64,000 nucleotides of DNA from Synechococcus sp. (GCA_047285805.1 JBJBCN010000002.1:224001-288000); one strand, 5' to 3'. Positions 28,425 to 37,326 are shown, numbered from the stretch's first letter. Notes: generated from the sequence alone by a model not told the origin. Numbers and translations are program-made.

Positions 28425-29140
28425 CTTTCTCGATCCTGGCGCGTGACCCCTCCAATGGGCGCTTCGGTGTGGCCGTCGCCACCTGCCATCTCGCGGTTGG
28501 CTCAACCGTGCCCCACATCCGTTCCGGTGTCGGTGCCGTGGCGACCCAGGCCCATGCGAACCCTTACCTCGGGATCTGTGGCTTGGAGCGGATGGAGCAG
28601 AACCGCGATGCCGAGTCGGTCCTGGCGAGCCTGCTGCGGGACGACCCCCAAATCGAGCACCGCCAACTGCACCTGATTGACGCCTGCGGCCGCACAGCGG
28701 GTTGGACCGGTCGGGCCTGCGGCCCCTACGCCGGCCATCGCTGTCATGCGGATCTGGCTGTGGCGGGAAACTTCCTCGCGGGTGAGGCTGTGCTGCTGGC
28801 GATGGAGGAGGCCTTCCTCTTGAGCGACCCCTCCTGGAAGTTGGGGCGACGCCTGCTCACGGCCCTTCAGGCCGGTGAGCAGGCCGGCGGCGATCGACGC
28901 TCCCCGCATGCCACTTCGGCGGCCCTGCAGGTCAGCGGTGAGGCGGCTTTCCCGCTGTTGGATCTGCGGGTGGACTTTGAGGACTGCGCGGTCGCATCCT
29001 TGACCCTGCTCTATGCGCGGAGTCAGCAACTTTGGGTCCAGCAATGGAGGGACGCCTTCGCCGAACTCCCGAATCCAGCGAGTCGTGCGATGAACCGGAC
29101 AGTCACCCCGTTGGTGAGGGATGACCCTTCGGTGGCTTAG
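28421..29140 (+). CDS. DUF1028 Ntn-hydrolase-family protein
   Basis: MTFSILARDP...FGVAVAT...GAVATQ, GNFL, GGDRR, DLRVD; ATGA overlap with the hydrolase gene. Confidence 0.9.
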   Translation: MTFSILARDPSNGRFGVAVATCHLAVGSTVPHIRSGVGAVATQAHANPYLGICGLERMEQNRDAESVLASLLRDDPQIEHRQLHLIDACGRTAGWTGRACGPYAGHRCHADLAVAGNFLAGEAVLLAMEEAFLLSDPSWKLGRRLLTALQAGEQAGGDRRSPHATSAALQVSGEAAFPLLDLRVDFEDCAVASLTLLYARSQQLWVQQWRDAFAELPNPASRAMNRTVTPLVRDDPSVA

Positions 29141-29919
29141 CTGATCAGGTCACGAATGACCCGGGCCCATCCCTCGCCATGGGCAGCGGGGGCCAAGAGA
29201 TAGCGCTTCTGCTCAAGGGCGCGGTGGAAAGCGGGGTGCGGGCCATCCGGCCCCGGAACAACGACGGCTACATCGGCGGCCTCCAGCAAAGGGATGTCGT
29301 TGGGGGAGTCCCCCAGCCCGAGCACCCGTGGCTTCGGGCCGCCGAGCCGTTCCTTTAGCCGTAACAACGCATCTCCTTTGCTCACTTCGGGCCCCAGCAG
29401 ATGCCCCATGCGGTTGCCTTGCACCACACTCAAACCAAGAGAGGAGGCCAGGGCGGGTAGGCGTTTCCTCCCTTCCGCGGTTGGGGGGACAAAAGGGACA
29501 CTCCAGCAGCGTCGCTGGGCTTGGGCGAGGGCTTCACCACCGAGGCCCAAGAGACGCTTCCCCTCGCTTTCGCTGAGCTCCTCCAGGGCCACGAGCCGTT
29601 CACCCAGGAGCGCCTCCAAGGCATCCAGCTGTGGCCTCAAGTGGCTGTGGTGGATGCCGAGGGCCTCTTCCCACTCCTCACCGCGGGCGTCTTCGCCATG
29701 GATGGCTCCACCGTTTTCGACGATGAAGGGATCACGAAGGCCAGCAGCGTCCCGAAAGCCCCGGACCTCTTCCGCGGTTTTGCTCGTGCAGGGGATCACT
29801 GGGATCTGTTGCTTCTGCAGCCAGCGGAGGGTCGTGCGGGCCGGCTCCCAGCTGTAGCTGTGATCCAGCAACGTCCCATCCAGGTCGGTGACGATCCACC
29901 AGGTGTTGTGACGTGTCAT
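29137..29919 (-). CDS. gpgP: Glucosyl/mannosyl-3-phosphoglycerate phosphatase (HAD IIB)
   Basis: TDLDGTLLD, CTSKT, ENGG, GDSPND. Confidence 0.88.
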   Translation of the reverse strand: MTRHNTWWIVTDLDGTLLDHSYSWEPARTTLRWLQKQQIPVIPCTSKTAEEVRGFRDAAGLRDPFIVENGGAIHGEDARGEEWEEALGIHHSHLRPQLDALEALLGERLVALEELSESEGKRLLGLGGEALAQAQRRCWSVPFVPPTAEGRKRLPALASSLGLSVVQGNRMGHLLGPEVSKGDALLRLKERLGGPKPRVLGLGDSPNDIPLLEAADVAVVVPGPDGPHPAFHRALEQKRYLLAPAAHGEGWARVIRDLIS

Positions 29920-31652
29920 CGGCTGCTGATCCAATAGACGCCAAAGGGTTCCAGCTCCAGTTGGCGCTTGGCCTTGACCGTTCCAGCTGGATTGAGGTGA
30001 TCGATCCATTCCGGTGGAGAGGACTCACCCCATAGCGATGCCAACACGAGTGATTGGCGCGTGGCGCTGAAGTTGTGGATAGCCCACAGACGGGCTGGGC
30101 CGAGGCCACGCTCGAGGATCACCAAATCGGAGCGTCCGCTACTGAGCACCCGCATCGGGGAGTCAGGGTCTAGGGCTGAGAGGTTGCCCCGTTTTCCCAT
30201 GGCGAACTGCAGCTGGGCAATGTTGCTGCTGGCGGCCTGGCCAGGGTCCTGGAGTTGGAGCTGCAGGGCTCTGGCGTTGAACTTTGGTCGATTCAAGTCC
30301 CTGCGATGGCCGCTGCTGTGGAAGCGGGCCGTGTCGTTGGGGGCGGCCAGCAGGGCGGGTAGATAAAAGGCAGGAACCCCCGGCAGGGCCAGCTTGAAGC
30401 GCTGGCTGAGCAGAAAACGCTCCTGCTGCAATCGCTGTGGATCCCGACCGGCATCGGCCATAGCGCTCCACCAGCTGATGTTGATTTCGTAGGGGGCCTC
30501 GGTCCCATCACTGAGGCGGCGGTGGCTGATCAAGCCGCCCCGTTGTTCACAGCCCGCCAGGAGGTGGTGAAGGCGCGGCTGATCCATCAGCCCCTCCAGT
30601 GGCCGCAGACCGACACCGTCATGGCTGGCGCTGAAGTTCAGCAGGTTGGTCCCCTTGGGTAGATCCGGCCAACCGGCCAGCCAGCGGTTGAGGAGATCGC
30701 AGCGCTCGCTCTGGCAGGCCTCGAGCAGCAGCGGGGGCAGGGGGAAGTTGTAGGCCAGGTGTGCTTCCCGACCGGATCGCAGATAGGAGAGGTTTTCCTC
30801 CTCCGGGACGTTCGTCTCAGTCACCACGGCCCCCTCAGGGGCTTGGTCCTCCTGCAGCAGTCGTAGCACTTCGACGATGGCGTGGGCTTGGGGCCGGTGA
30901 ATGCAGCTCGTGAAAGGTTCCTTCCAGACGTATCCCACGGCGTCCAGCCGCAACCAGCCGACGCCGTGGCGGAAGAGGCGTTGCATCAGGTGGGCGAAAT
31001 GACGCAGCACCTCGGGCTCCTGCCAGTTCAGGTCTATTTGGTCTGGGCCGAAGGTGGTCCAGACCTGCTTGCGGCCGGCCAGGGGACTGATCAAGGGCGA
31101 GCTGCGGGGCCGAACGACTTCCGACCAGCAGGGATCGGGGCTGGCCTGCAGGATGCAGGAGCTTCCGGGGTCAGTGTCTTGGAGGCATTGGTGCACCCAG
31201 GGGTGCGAAGCCGAGACGTGGTTCAGGACAAGGTCCGCCATGAGGAGACGTCCACGGCTCAAGGCCTCGAGGTCTTCCCAATCACCAAAGCGTGGCTCGA
31301 GCTCCTCGTGGCTGGAGATGGCAAAGCCCCCGTCGCTGCTGGATCGCAAAAAGGGCAGCACATGGACGATGGAGGAGAGGGCGCGGAGCGGGCCATCCAA
31401 CAGTGCTTTCAGCAGGGGAAGGCTGGTGCGATCAGCATCGATGACCGAATCGGCGTAGCAGATCAGCACACAGGTCGCATTGCACCAGGGCCGCTGCGGC
31501 TGGGTGTGCATCTGCGCACCGATTCGGCCGGACTGCAGCAAATGAGACGACAAGCTTTCGATGTCGTTTGAAGACTGCCCTGGGTAAAGACCGCCAAGCA
31601 ACAGTTCCAGCTGTTTCTGCCGGTCGAACCCAACCACCAGCACTCCCATCAC
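29916..31652 (-). CDS. GH13 sucrose/glucosylglycerate phosphorylase-like protein
   Basis: HVLPF..SSDGGF, DLVLNH, WTTFGPDQIDLN, RLDAVGYVWK, ETNVP, SHDG. Confidence 0.9.
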   Translation of the reverse strand: MMGVLVVGFDRQKQLELLLGGLYPGQSSNDIESLSSHLLQSGRIGAQMHTQPQRPWCNATCVLICYADSVIDADRTSLPLLKALLDGPLRALSSIVHVLPFLRSSSDGGFAISSHEELEPRFGDWEDLEALSRGRLLMADLVLNHVSASHPWVHQCLQDTDPGSSCILQASPDPCWSEVVRPRSSPLISPLAGRKQVWTTFGPDQIDLNWQEPEVLRHFAHLMQRLFRHGVGWLRLDAVGYVWKEPFTSCIHRPQAHAIVEVLRLLQEDQAPEGAVVTETNVPEEENLSYLRSGREAHLAYNFPLPPLLLEACQSERCDLLNRWLAGWPDLPKGTNLLNFSASHDGVGLRPLEGLMDQPRLHHLLAGCEQRGGLISHRRLSDGTEAPYEINISWWSAMADAGRDPQRLQQERFLLSQRFKLALPGVPAFYLPALLAAPNDTARFHSSGHRRDLNRPKFNARALQLQLQDPGQAASSNIAQLQFAMGKRGNLSALDPDSPMRVLSSGRSDLVILERGLGPARLWAIHNFSATRQSLVLASLWGESSPPEWIDHLNPAGTVKAKRQLELEPFGVYWISSR

Positions 31653-31705
31653 TCCCCCCAGATATCGGGCAGCTGGCTGATGAGTGTTGTCGCATTGATT
31701 ACTGC

Positions 31706-32971
31706 ATGGACTTCCAGCAAGGACTAATCACTACGGTTCATGACTACGGCTTCTCGGGGGCGGACCCGCAGTTATTCCATCAGCAGTTGCATGATCGGCC
31801 GACGGCTCTGCTGCTCCCCTGCTTGATGGAGGAGTTCCGCCGTCCGGCATTGCGCCTGATCCGCGAGGTCTTGTCCGGGTTGGAAGGACTGCAGTCGCTA
31901 GTCATCGCCCTGGCGGCGGATTCCGTGGAAGAGGTCTTGGAGGCCGAGGCGTTCTGGGCGGAGATGCCATTCCCCGTGCATGTGCACTGGACCAACGGCC
32001 CGGCGGTGATCGAGCTCCTGCAGTCCGTGAAGTCCCTGGGCCTCGATGTGTTGGTTCCCCCTGGCAAGGGCTGGGCCGTTTGGCAGGGCCTGGGGGTGGC
32101 CTGCCGAGAGGCTGAAGTCGTTGGTCTCTTTGACGCTGACATCCGGACGTTCTCACCGGCTTACCCCCAGCGGATGCTCCAACCCCTGTTGGATCGCTCG
32201 ACGGGTGTGGCCTACGTCAAAGCCTTTTACAGCCGGTTGTCTCTAGAAACCCATGCCCTTCAGGGCCGGGCGACCCGCTTGTTTGTAGCGCCCCTGCTGA
32301 GCAGCCTGGAGCAGATCGTTGGTCCTCTGCCCTATCTGCGCTATCTCCAGTCGTTCCGCTACCCCCTCGCGGGGGAGTTCGCCTTCACGACTGATCTGGC
32401 GATGAACCTGCGAATTCCCTGCGATTGGGGTTTGGAGATCGGCCTGCTGTCGGAGGTCTACCGCCATGTCGCCATTAGCCGAATTGCCCAGGTGGATCTT
32501 GGGGTGTTTGACCACAAGCACAAGGCCCTTGGCAACGCCCCCGACCAGGGGCTCAAGCGGATGGCCAGCGAAATTTTGCGGACGGTCCTGCGGGGCTTGA
32601 TGGAGCACGAAGGCTGCAACTTGCTCAGCGAGCAACTTCCCACCCTGGAAGCGCTCTACCGCCGGGTGGGCCAAGATCGGGTCAGGCAGTTCGGACTGGA
32701 TTCCGCCATTAATGGCCTCCCCCATGACCGCCATGGCGAGGAACTGGCTGTTCAGGACTTTGCGCAGCTACTACGTCCGGCGATCAAGGATCTGATGGAC
32801 AGGCCATCGGTTCAGCAACTGCCCAGCTGGTCTCGGGTGCTCAGCTGTAGCCAGGATCTCCAGCAAGGCCTGGCCGCGGCGGGGCAGTGCCGATTAGCAG
32901 GACGTAACGCTGACTACGTCACCCTCCCATCGGATACGGCTCAATTGGGGGAGTCATTCGTCGCTGCATGA
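31706..32971 (+). CDS. gpgS: Glucosyl-3-phosphoglycerate synthase
   Basis: MDFQQGLITT, GKGWAVW, FDADI, KAFYSR, QGRATRLFV, FRYPLAGEF, DWGLEIG, DHKH. Confidence 0.88.
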   Translation: MDFQQGLITTVHDYGFSGADPQLFHQQLHDRPTALLLPCLMEEFRRPALRLIREVLSGLEGLQSLVIALAADSVEEVLEAEAFWAEMPFPVHVHWTNGPAVIELLQSVKSLGLDVLVPPGKGWAVWQGLGVACREAEVVGLFDADIRTFSPAYPQRMLQPLLDRSTGVAYVKAFYSRLSLETHALQGRATRLFVAPLLSSLEQIVGPLPYLRYLQSFRYPLAGEFAFTTDLAMNLRIPCDWGLEIGLLSEVYRHVAISRIAQVDLGVFDHKHKALGNAPDQGLKRMASEILRTVLRGLMEHEGCNLLSEQLPTLEALYRRVGQDRVRQFGLDSAINGLPHDRHGEELAVQDFAQLLRPAIKDLMDRPSVQQLPSWSRVLSCSQDLQQGLAAAGQCRLAGRNADYVTLPSDTAQLGESFVAA

Positions 32972-33144
32972 CGGGTCCGATTCAGATGTCCGCCGCGTCC
33001 ACCCCGCCCCAGGTCAAGCTCCACTATTGGAACAATGGCGGGGCCCAGAGCGTGGTGGTCCCCCTTGATGAAGAGGTCCAGCGCCACCGCCTGCTGCTCT
33101 CGAACGGAGCGGTCCTGCTGAAGCGTGAGTTGATAGCTGCTTGA
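32968..33144 (+). CDS. 58-aa hypothetical protein coupled to gpgS
   Basis: ATGA overlap with gpgS; MTGPIQMSAASTPPQVKLHYWNNGG...RELIAA*; ends at a terminator hairpin. Confidence 0.5.
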   Translation: MTGPIQMSAASTPPQVKLHYWNNGGAQSVVVPLDEEVQRHRLLLSNGAVLLKRELIAA

Positions 33145-33145
33145 C

Positions 33146-33238
33146 AAAAAAAAGCCCCGCCTAAGGCAGGGCTTTTCGGGATTCGGTTCAAGGGTGTGAC
33201 CTTGTTTCCACGCCTTTGGGCGAATCCACTCCTCACAC
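33146..33238 (-). ncRNA. yfr2: Yfr2-family sRNA
   Basis: 5' GTGTGAGGAGT, GGAAACA motif, GGATTCG/CGAATCC stem, terminator with U-run. Confidence 0.8.
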
Positions 33239-33257
33239 AACTCAACAGTCGCCAGTC

Positions 33258-33276
33258 AACTGGCACAGTGCCAGTT
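33258..33276. promoter_or_regulatory. Perfect 19-bp palindrome in the yfr2 promoter region
   Basis: AACTGGCAC-A-GTGCCAGTT. Confidence 0.65.
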
Positions 33277-33356
33277 CTTTGTAACCAGTTGTTCAACCGC
33301 ACAGCTGCTGGACAGGGGGGCTTCGTGGTGCAACCCGTGGAAACATTCCATTTCAA

Positions 33357-33409
33357 CTTCACACGACAACGAGCCCCGTCGCCAAGAGGGGGCTCGTTGT
33401 CGTGTGAAG
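33357..33409. repeat. 21-bp perfect inverted repeat with an 11-nt loop
   Basis: CTTCACACGACAACGAGCCCC / GGGGCTCGTTGTCGTGTGAAG. Confidence 0.92.
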
Positions 33410-33416
33410 CGCCCAT

Positions 33417-33468
33417 AAAAAACCCCGCCTGAAGCGGGGCCGGTTGGTGTGAGGAATGGTGCACCCAT
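33417..33468 (-). ncRNA. Yfr1/Yfr10-like sRNA
   Basis: ATGGGTGCACC-ATTCCTCACAC-CAACC then CCCCGC/GCGGGG terminator and U-run; one mismatch to the Yfr1 motif ACTCCTCACAC. Confidence 0.72.
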
Positions 33469-33746
33469 GCAGGTAGACCATGACGCCGGCATGAGCCAGT
33501 GGAGCGCTGATGGCCGCTGTTCCACCTCGGCGTTACTTCTGCTCTAGCCAGGACCGTGGCATTTGGCAGCTAGTTGCTGACCACCAATATATCGACCGCG
33601 ACCCATGGGACCCATCCGTGAGATTGGATATTTATGGGGGTTTTTGCTCTCTCCTGAGAAAAACCAGTTCGGCGTTCGGCTACTGGTCTGACAGCGGCGG
33701 CTGTAACGGACAGGCTGAATGCAGGTGGTGAATGGTCTGAGGGCTG

Positions 33747-34646
33747 ATGGATTTGAGCCAGGTTTTGAAGCAGTGCCATCACCTCGCCCAGACCTATCGG
33801 ATCCACGACGGCGGTGGATTCAAGCTGGTGCAGGTCGACCCTGGCGACACCCAGGACCTCCTCGCCGACAAGAAGGCTGCTCGCGAGGCACTGGAGCAGG
33901 GGGTGGAGCTGCTCTCTGAGCTACAGCAGCGGCTCTATGCCCAGAACAAATGGTCGGTCCTGCTGGTCTTTCAAGCGATGGATGCTGCGGGGAAAGACGG
34001 CACGATCAAGCACGTCATGAGTGGCGTGAACCCACAGGGCTGCCAGGTGTCGTCCTTTAAGGAGCCCTCAGCCTTGGACCTGGATCACGATTACCTCTGG
34101 CGGGCGAACCAATGCCTGCCGGAGCGCGGGCTGATTGGCATCTTTAACCGCAGTTATTACGAGGAGACTTTGGTGGTTCGGGTGCACCCCGAACTATTGG
34201 CGAAGCAGTCTCTTCCGCCTGAGCTGGTGGGGCCAAAACTGTGGAAACAGCGTTTCGAGGATATCCGGCATTACGAGCGCTATCTGAGTCGCAACGGGGT
34301 CGTTGTTCTGAAGTTCTTCTTACACCTCTCCAAGCAGGAGCAAAAACGGCGATTTCTGCAGCGCTTGGAGCGGCCTGAGAAGAACTGGAAGTTCTCAGCG
34401 GCGGACATCCGCGAGCGGGGGTTCTGGGACGACTACATGCGGGCCTACGAGGAGATGATTCAAGAGACAGCGACGGCCCACGCCCCTTGGTATGTCGTGC
34501 CAGCGGATCACAAGTGGTTCACCCGTTTGGTGGTCGCAGCGGCCGTGATTGAGCGCCTCAATGGGCTCGATCTCCGCTACCCCGAGTTCAGCGCTGAGGC
34601 CCGGCAGGCCTTGGCCAAGGCCCACGCCCAACTGCTGGCCGAGTGA
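33747..34646 (+). CDS. ppk2: Polyphosphate kinase 2 family protein
   Basis: FQAMDAAGKDGTIKHV, FNRSYYE, KFFLHLS, WKFSAAD, APWYVVPADHKW. Confidence 0.92.
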   Translation: MDLSQVLKQCHHLAQTYRIHDGGGFKLVQVDPGDTQDLLADKKAAREALEQGVELLSELQQRLYAQNKWSVLLVFQAMDAAGKDGTIKHVMSGVNPQGCQVSSFKEPSALDLDHDYLWRANQCLPERGLIGIFNRSYYEETLVVRVHPELLAKQSLPPELVGPKLWKQRFEDIRHYERYLSRNGVVVLKFFLHLSKQEQKRRFLQRLERPEKNWKFSAADIRERGFWDDYMRAYEEMIQETATAHAPWYVVPADHKWFTRLVVAAAVIERLNGLDLRYPEFSAEARQALAKAHAQLLAE

Positions 34647-34740
34647 GGACGTCATTTGTAGTAGCGATCCGCTGACAGAGCGGCTGCTGGGCCAGGGAAG
34701 TCGGAGACGATGGTTCTCAACGCCAACTGGGTCCAGATCC

Positions 34741-35769
34741 GTGACGCAACGCAACTCCAACGACAAGAGCAGCAACCAGCGTCCCCTCGGCTGGATCCGG
34801 GATCTGATCCCCTCAGGGATCAAGCAAAAGATCAAGCAGACGGTCCCTGTGATTGCTCCACCGCCGACCGACCAGATCGATGTGGTAGAGAGCCTCAGCG
34901 AGGGGGCCACTCACGTGGTCTTCCTGCCCCGCGACCCCCAGTGGGCCTATTGCTTCTGGTCGATCAGTGCTACGGATCGCAAGAGCGCCCAGCGCGCTGG
35001 GGCCACCCAGCTCTGCATCCGCCTGGCAGATGTCACTGGCTTGGCTGCCGAGCAAACCCATCCCCACACCCTCCAGGAGTTGGTGGTGGACGCCAGCTCC
35101 AGCGAGTGGTTCATGCCCGTTCCCCTCGACTGCCGTGACTACCGGGTCGAGTTGGGCTACAGGCTGCGCTCCGGCGGCTGGTATTCCCTAGCTTTCTCGG
35201 CGGTCGCCCATGTACCGGGGATGGAGCCCTCCAATAGCATCGCTGATGCCTTTGTGCCCTTCTCCCTGGAGACCGGCTCTACGGCTGCACCAAGTGCGGC
35301 CGCCGCTCCCGCGAGCGTCGGCGGTGTCCAACACGAGCATCACTACCAGCGGGCGACACTCCCCACCCGCAGCCGCAGAGTCGGTTCGGAGGTGCTCCAC
35401 GAGTACGGCCTCAACGGTTCTGGCCCCCTGAATGATTCCGGCGTTGGTGTCTGGGCGAGCGGCCGCACCGAATCCGGCATGGGTGCCATGCGGGAGCGCT
35501 CCTTCTGGCTGGTGGCTGACGCTGAGTTGACCGTTTACGGGGCGACGGATCCTTCCGCGAGCCTTTTCATTGGTGACGAGAAGGTTCAGCTCGACCGGGA
35601 CGGGAGCTTCCGCATCCATGTCCCCTTCTGCGATGGCGAGCAGCTCTATCCCGTGCGCGCGATCGCGGCGGATGGTGAGCAGGAGCGCTCCATCTCGATG
35701 GAGTTCGAGCGGCGCACCCCCCATGCTCGGGTGAATACCGCGGCGGAGGCCCAGGCCGAGTGGTTCTAG
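34741..35769 (+). CDS. DUF4912-domain protein (GTG start inferred)
   Basis: VFLPRDPQWAYCFW, YRVELGY, FWLVADAELTVYGATDP. Confidence 0.85.
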   Translation: MTQRNSNDKSSNQRPLGWIRDLIPSGIKQKIKQTVPVIAPPPTDQIDVVESLSEGATHVVFLPRDPQWAYCFWSISATDRKSAQRAGATQLCIRLADVTGLAAEQTHPHTLQELVVDASSSEWFMPVPLDCRDYRVELGYRLRSGGWYSLAFSAVAHVPGMEPSNSIADAFVPFSLETGSTAAPSAAAAPASVGGVQHEHHYQRATLPTRSRRVGSEVLHEYGLNGSGPLNDSGVGVWASGRTESGMGAMRERSFWLVADAELTVYGATDPSASLFIGDEKVQLDRDGSFRIHVPFCDGEQLYPVRAIAADGEQERSISMEFERRTPHARVNTAAEAQAEWF

Positions 35770-35891
35770 GCGGATGAGGGCACTCTGAGGAGTCGGCCAA
35801 CCCTTTGGGGACCCTGCTTTTCGACAGGTGTCGGATTCTCTCGCTGCACTCCCTGGCGGTGCTAAAAAAATCCAGTTCTGATTGCTCCGGA

Positions 35892-36020
35892 ATGGACTAC
35901 CTCGTGCTTGCCTCCGCCGTTGCTCCCCGAGGCGTTCCCGTGATCCTGCCCGCCATCGGTGGTGCCGGCCTGATTGCTCTGCTGGTCTTCTTCCTTTCTC
36001 AAGCTTCAGCGAAGAGCTGA
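35892..36020 (+). CDS. Single-TM micropeptide
   Basis: MDYLVLASAVAPRGVPVILPAIGGAGLIALLVFFLSQASAKS. Confidence 0.5.
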   Translation: MDYLVLASAVAPRGVPVILPAIGGAGLIALLVFFLSQASAKS

Positions 36021-36042
36021 GCGACGCATGAAGCCGAAACGC

Positions 36043-36324
36043 TCACTCCTGCGTTGCGTCTTCTTCGTGGGTGATTCCAACCGGTTCCGTGAAGGTCAGC
36101 ACGCAGTAGTAGCGCGTATTGCTGTAGCCGATCTCGACGTCATCGCATTTGCTGTTGGTGACGACAGCCCCTTTGGGCAGTTTCCCCATCGCGTCTTGCC
36201 AGGCCTGTTGACGGCTCAGGGGAGATTGGGCAGAGACCGATCCTTCTGCGGCTAGCCCCTGCGCTGAGAATCCGAGCAGTGCGGCAGCGGCCAGGGCCGT
36301 GCTGCAGTGGCGCCAACCGTTCAT
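36043..36324 (-). CDS. Small secreted protein
   Basis: Signal peptide plus a Cys pair. Confidence 0.65.
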   Translation of the reverse strand: MNGWRHCSTALAAAALLGFSAQGLAAEGSVSAQSPLSRQQAWQDAMGKLPKGAVVTNSKCDDVEIGYSNTRYYCVLTFTEPVGITHEEDATQE

Positions 36325-36330
36325 TGAAGT

Positions 36331-36612
36331 TCAGCGGCTCTCCCCAGACATAGCCACGGACGACTCCAGTCCGTTGATCCAGCGGCGGCCGGAGGGAACC
36401 AGAGACCGTTCCACCTCGAGCCAGGGGAACCCACCCTGACTGCAGTTGACGTCTTCCGCCATCCCATAGCCCAGCCCGTCGTGGACCTCTTCGAGGGCCT
36501 GGGGGAAGCTCAGCTTTTTGATTGAGGCGTAGATCCGCGCGATGGCGTTGATCTCACCCGGGGTGCTGCTCCCGGTGGCGTACCGCTCCCGAAGCGCTTG
36601 TGCGGAATGCAT
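36331..36612 (-). CDS. Hypothetical protein
   Basis: 93-aa ORF in a same-strand run. Confidence 0.55.
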   Translation of the reverse strand: MHSAQALRERYATGSSTPGEINAIARIYASIKKLSFPQALEEVHDGLGYGMAEDVNCSQGGFPWLEVERSLVPSGRRWINGLESSVAMSGESR

Positions 36613-36658
36613 GGCTTGGCCTTCCCCTCTACCCCTAGGCTGGCAGCTGATCACGGGG

Positions 36659-37003
36659 CTAGGTCGGATTTAGGGCCCGACATTCGAAAATCGTTTCCTT
36701 CAGGCTGAGGTGATCGCGATCGATCGATCCGTTCCCCTGCATGGTGAGGCTGAGGCGTGATTCCAACCCCAGCAGAGCTGTGTAGCAGCGCAATTCGGTA
36801 GCTGCATCTGCGCGGTTCTTCAGTTGATGGGAGAGGCCCATTGCGGTGCTGCAGTCTGCGCGGGCGGTGCCGTTGAAGCAGCGAATGGCAGCTTGTTGCA
36901 GTCCCGCCATGGACTGGGCGTGGGCGGCTGGCGCCGCCAGCACGGCAAGGCTGAGCAGGGACCAGCGACAGTTCAACGGGGGCGGGGCCGGTAAGTTGAC
37001 CAT
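36659..37003 (-). CDS. Secreted Cys-containing hypothetical protein
   Basis: Signal peptide (LAVLAAPAAHA), four Cys in the mature part. Confidence 0.65.
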   Translation of the reverse strand: MVNLPAPPPLNCRWSLLSLAVLAAPAAHAQSMAGLQQAAIRCFNGTARADCSTAMGLSHQLKNRADAATELRCYTALLGLESRLSLTMQGNGSIDRDHLSLKETIFECRALNPT

Positions 37004-37008
37004 AAAGA

Positions 37009-37310
37009 AGCCGGTCCATGTTGGAACCGGCTCTAGAAATGTTGAATTGTGTTCGGAGCTGCCGAGGGAGGTCACCTGGGGCCAGATGTCCAGGTGTGGG
37101 GCGGTTGTCTCCAGGAGGCACCTGAGGTGGTGCAGGTCGGAGTGTCCAGCTGCGGGGCAGAGGACCCACCCACGGTTTCGAAAGACTTGTGGAGCAGGGG
37201 CCTTCAGTCAGCTCGCTCCTGGGTTCTGGCGGGGTGGAGTGTCGTCCATCAACGCCTCCAAGATCGATGTCATCAGCATCGGCCTGCTTTGGAGAAGGCG
37301 CAATGGGACT
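37009..37310. ncRNA. Structured dispersed element, copy A
   Basis: Blocks GGAGCTGCCGAG, CACCTGGGGCC, TGGAGCAGGGGCCTTCAGTCA, GGTGGAGTGTCG, GCAATGGGACT shared with copies B and C. Confidence 0.6.
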
Positions 37311-37326
37311 GAATACTCAAATTCCC

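Noticed and set aside
33228..33238. Yfr1 on the + strand (exact ACTCCTCACAC)
   Set aside because: The terminator and GGAAACA lie on the - strand, so this is the complement of the Yfr2 5' end.
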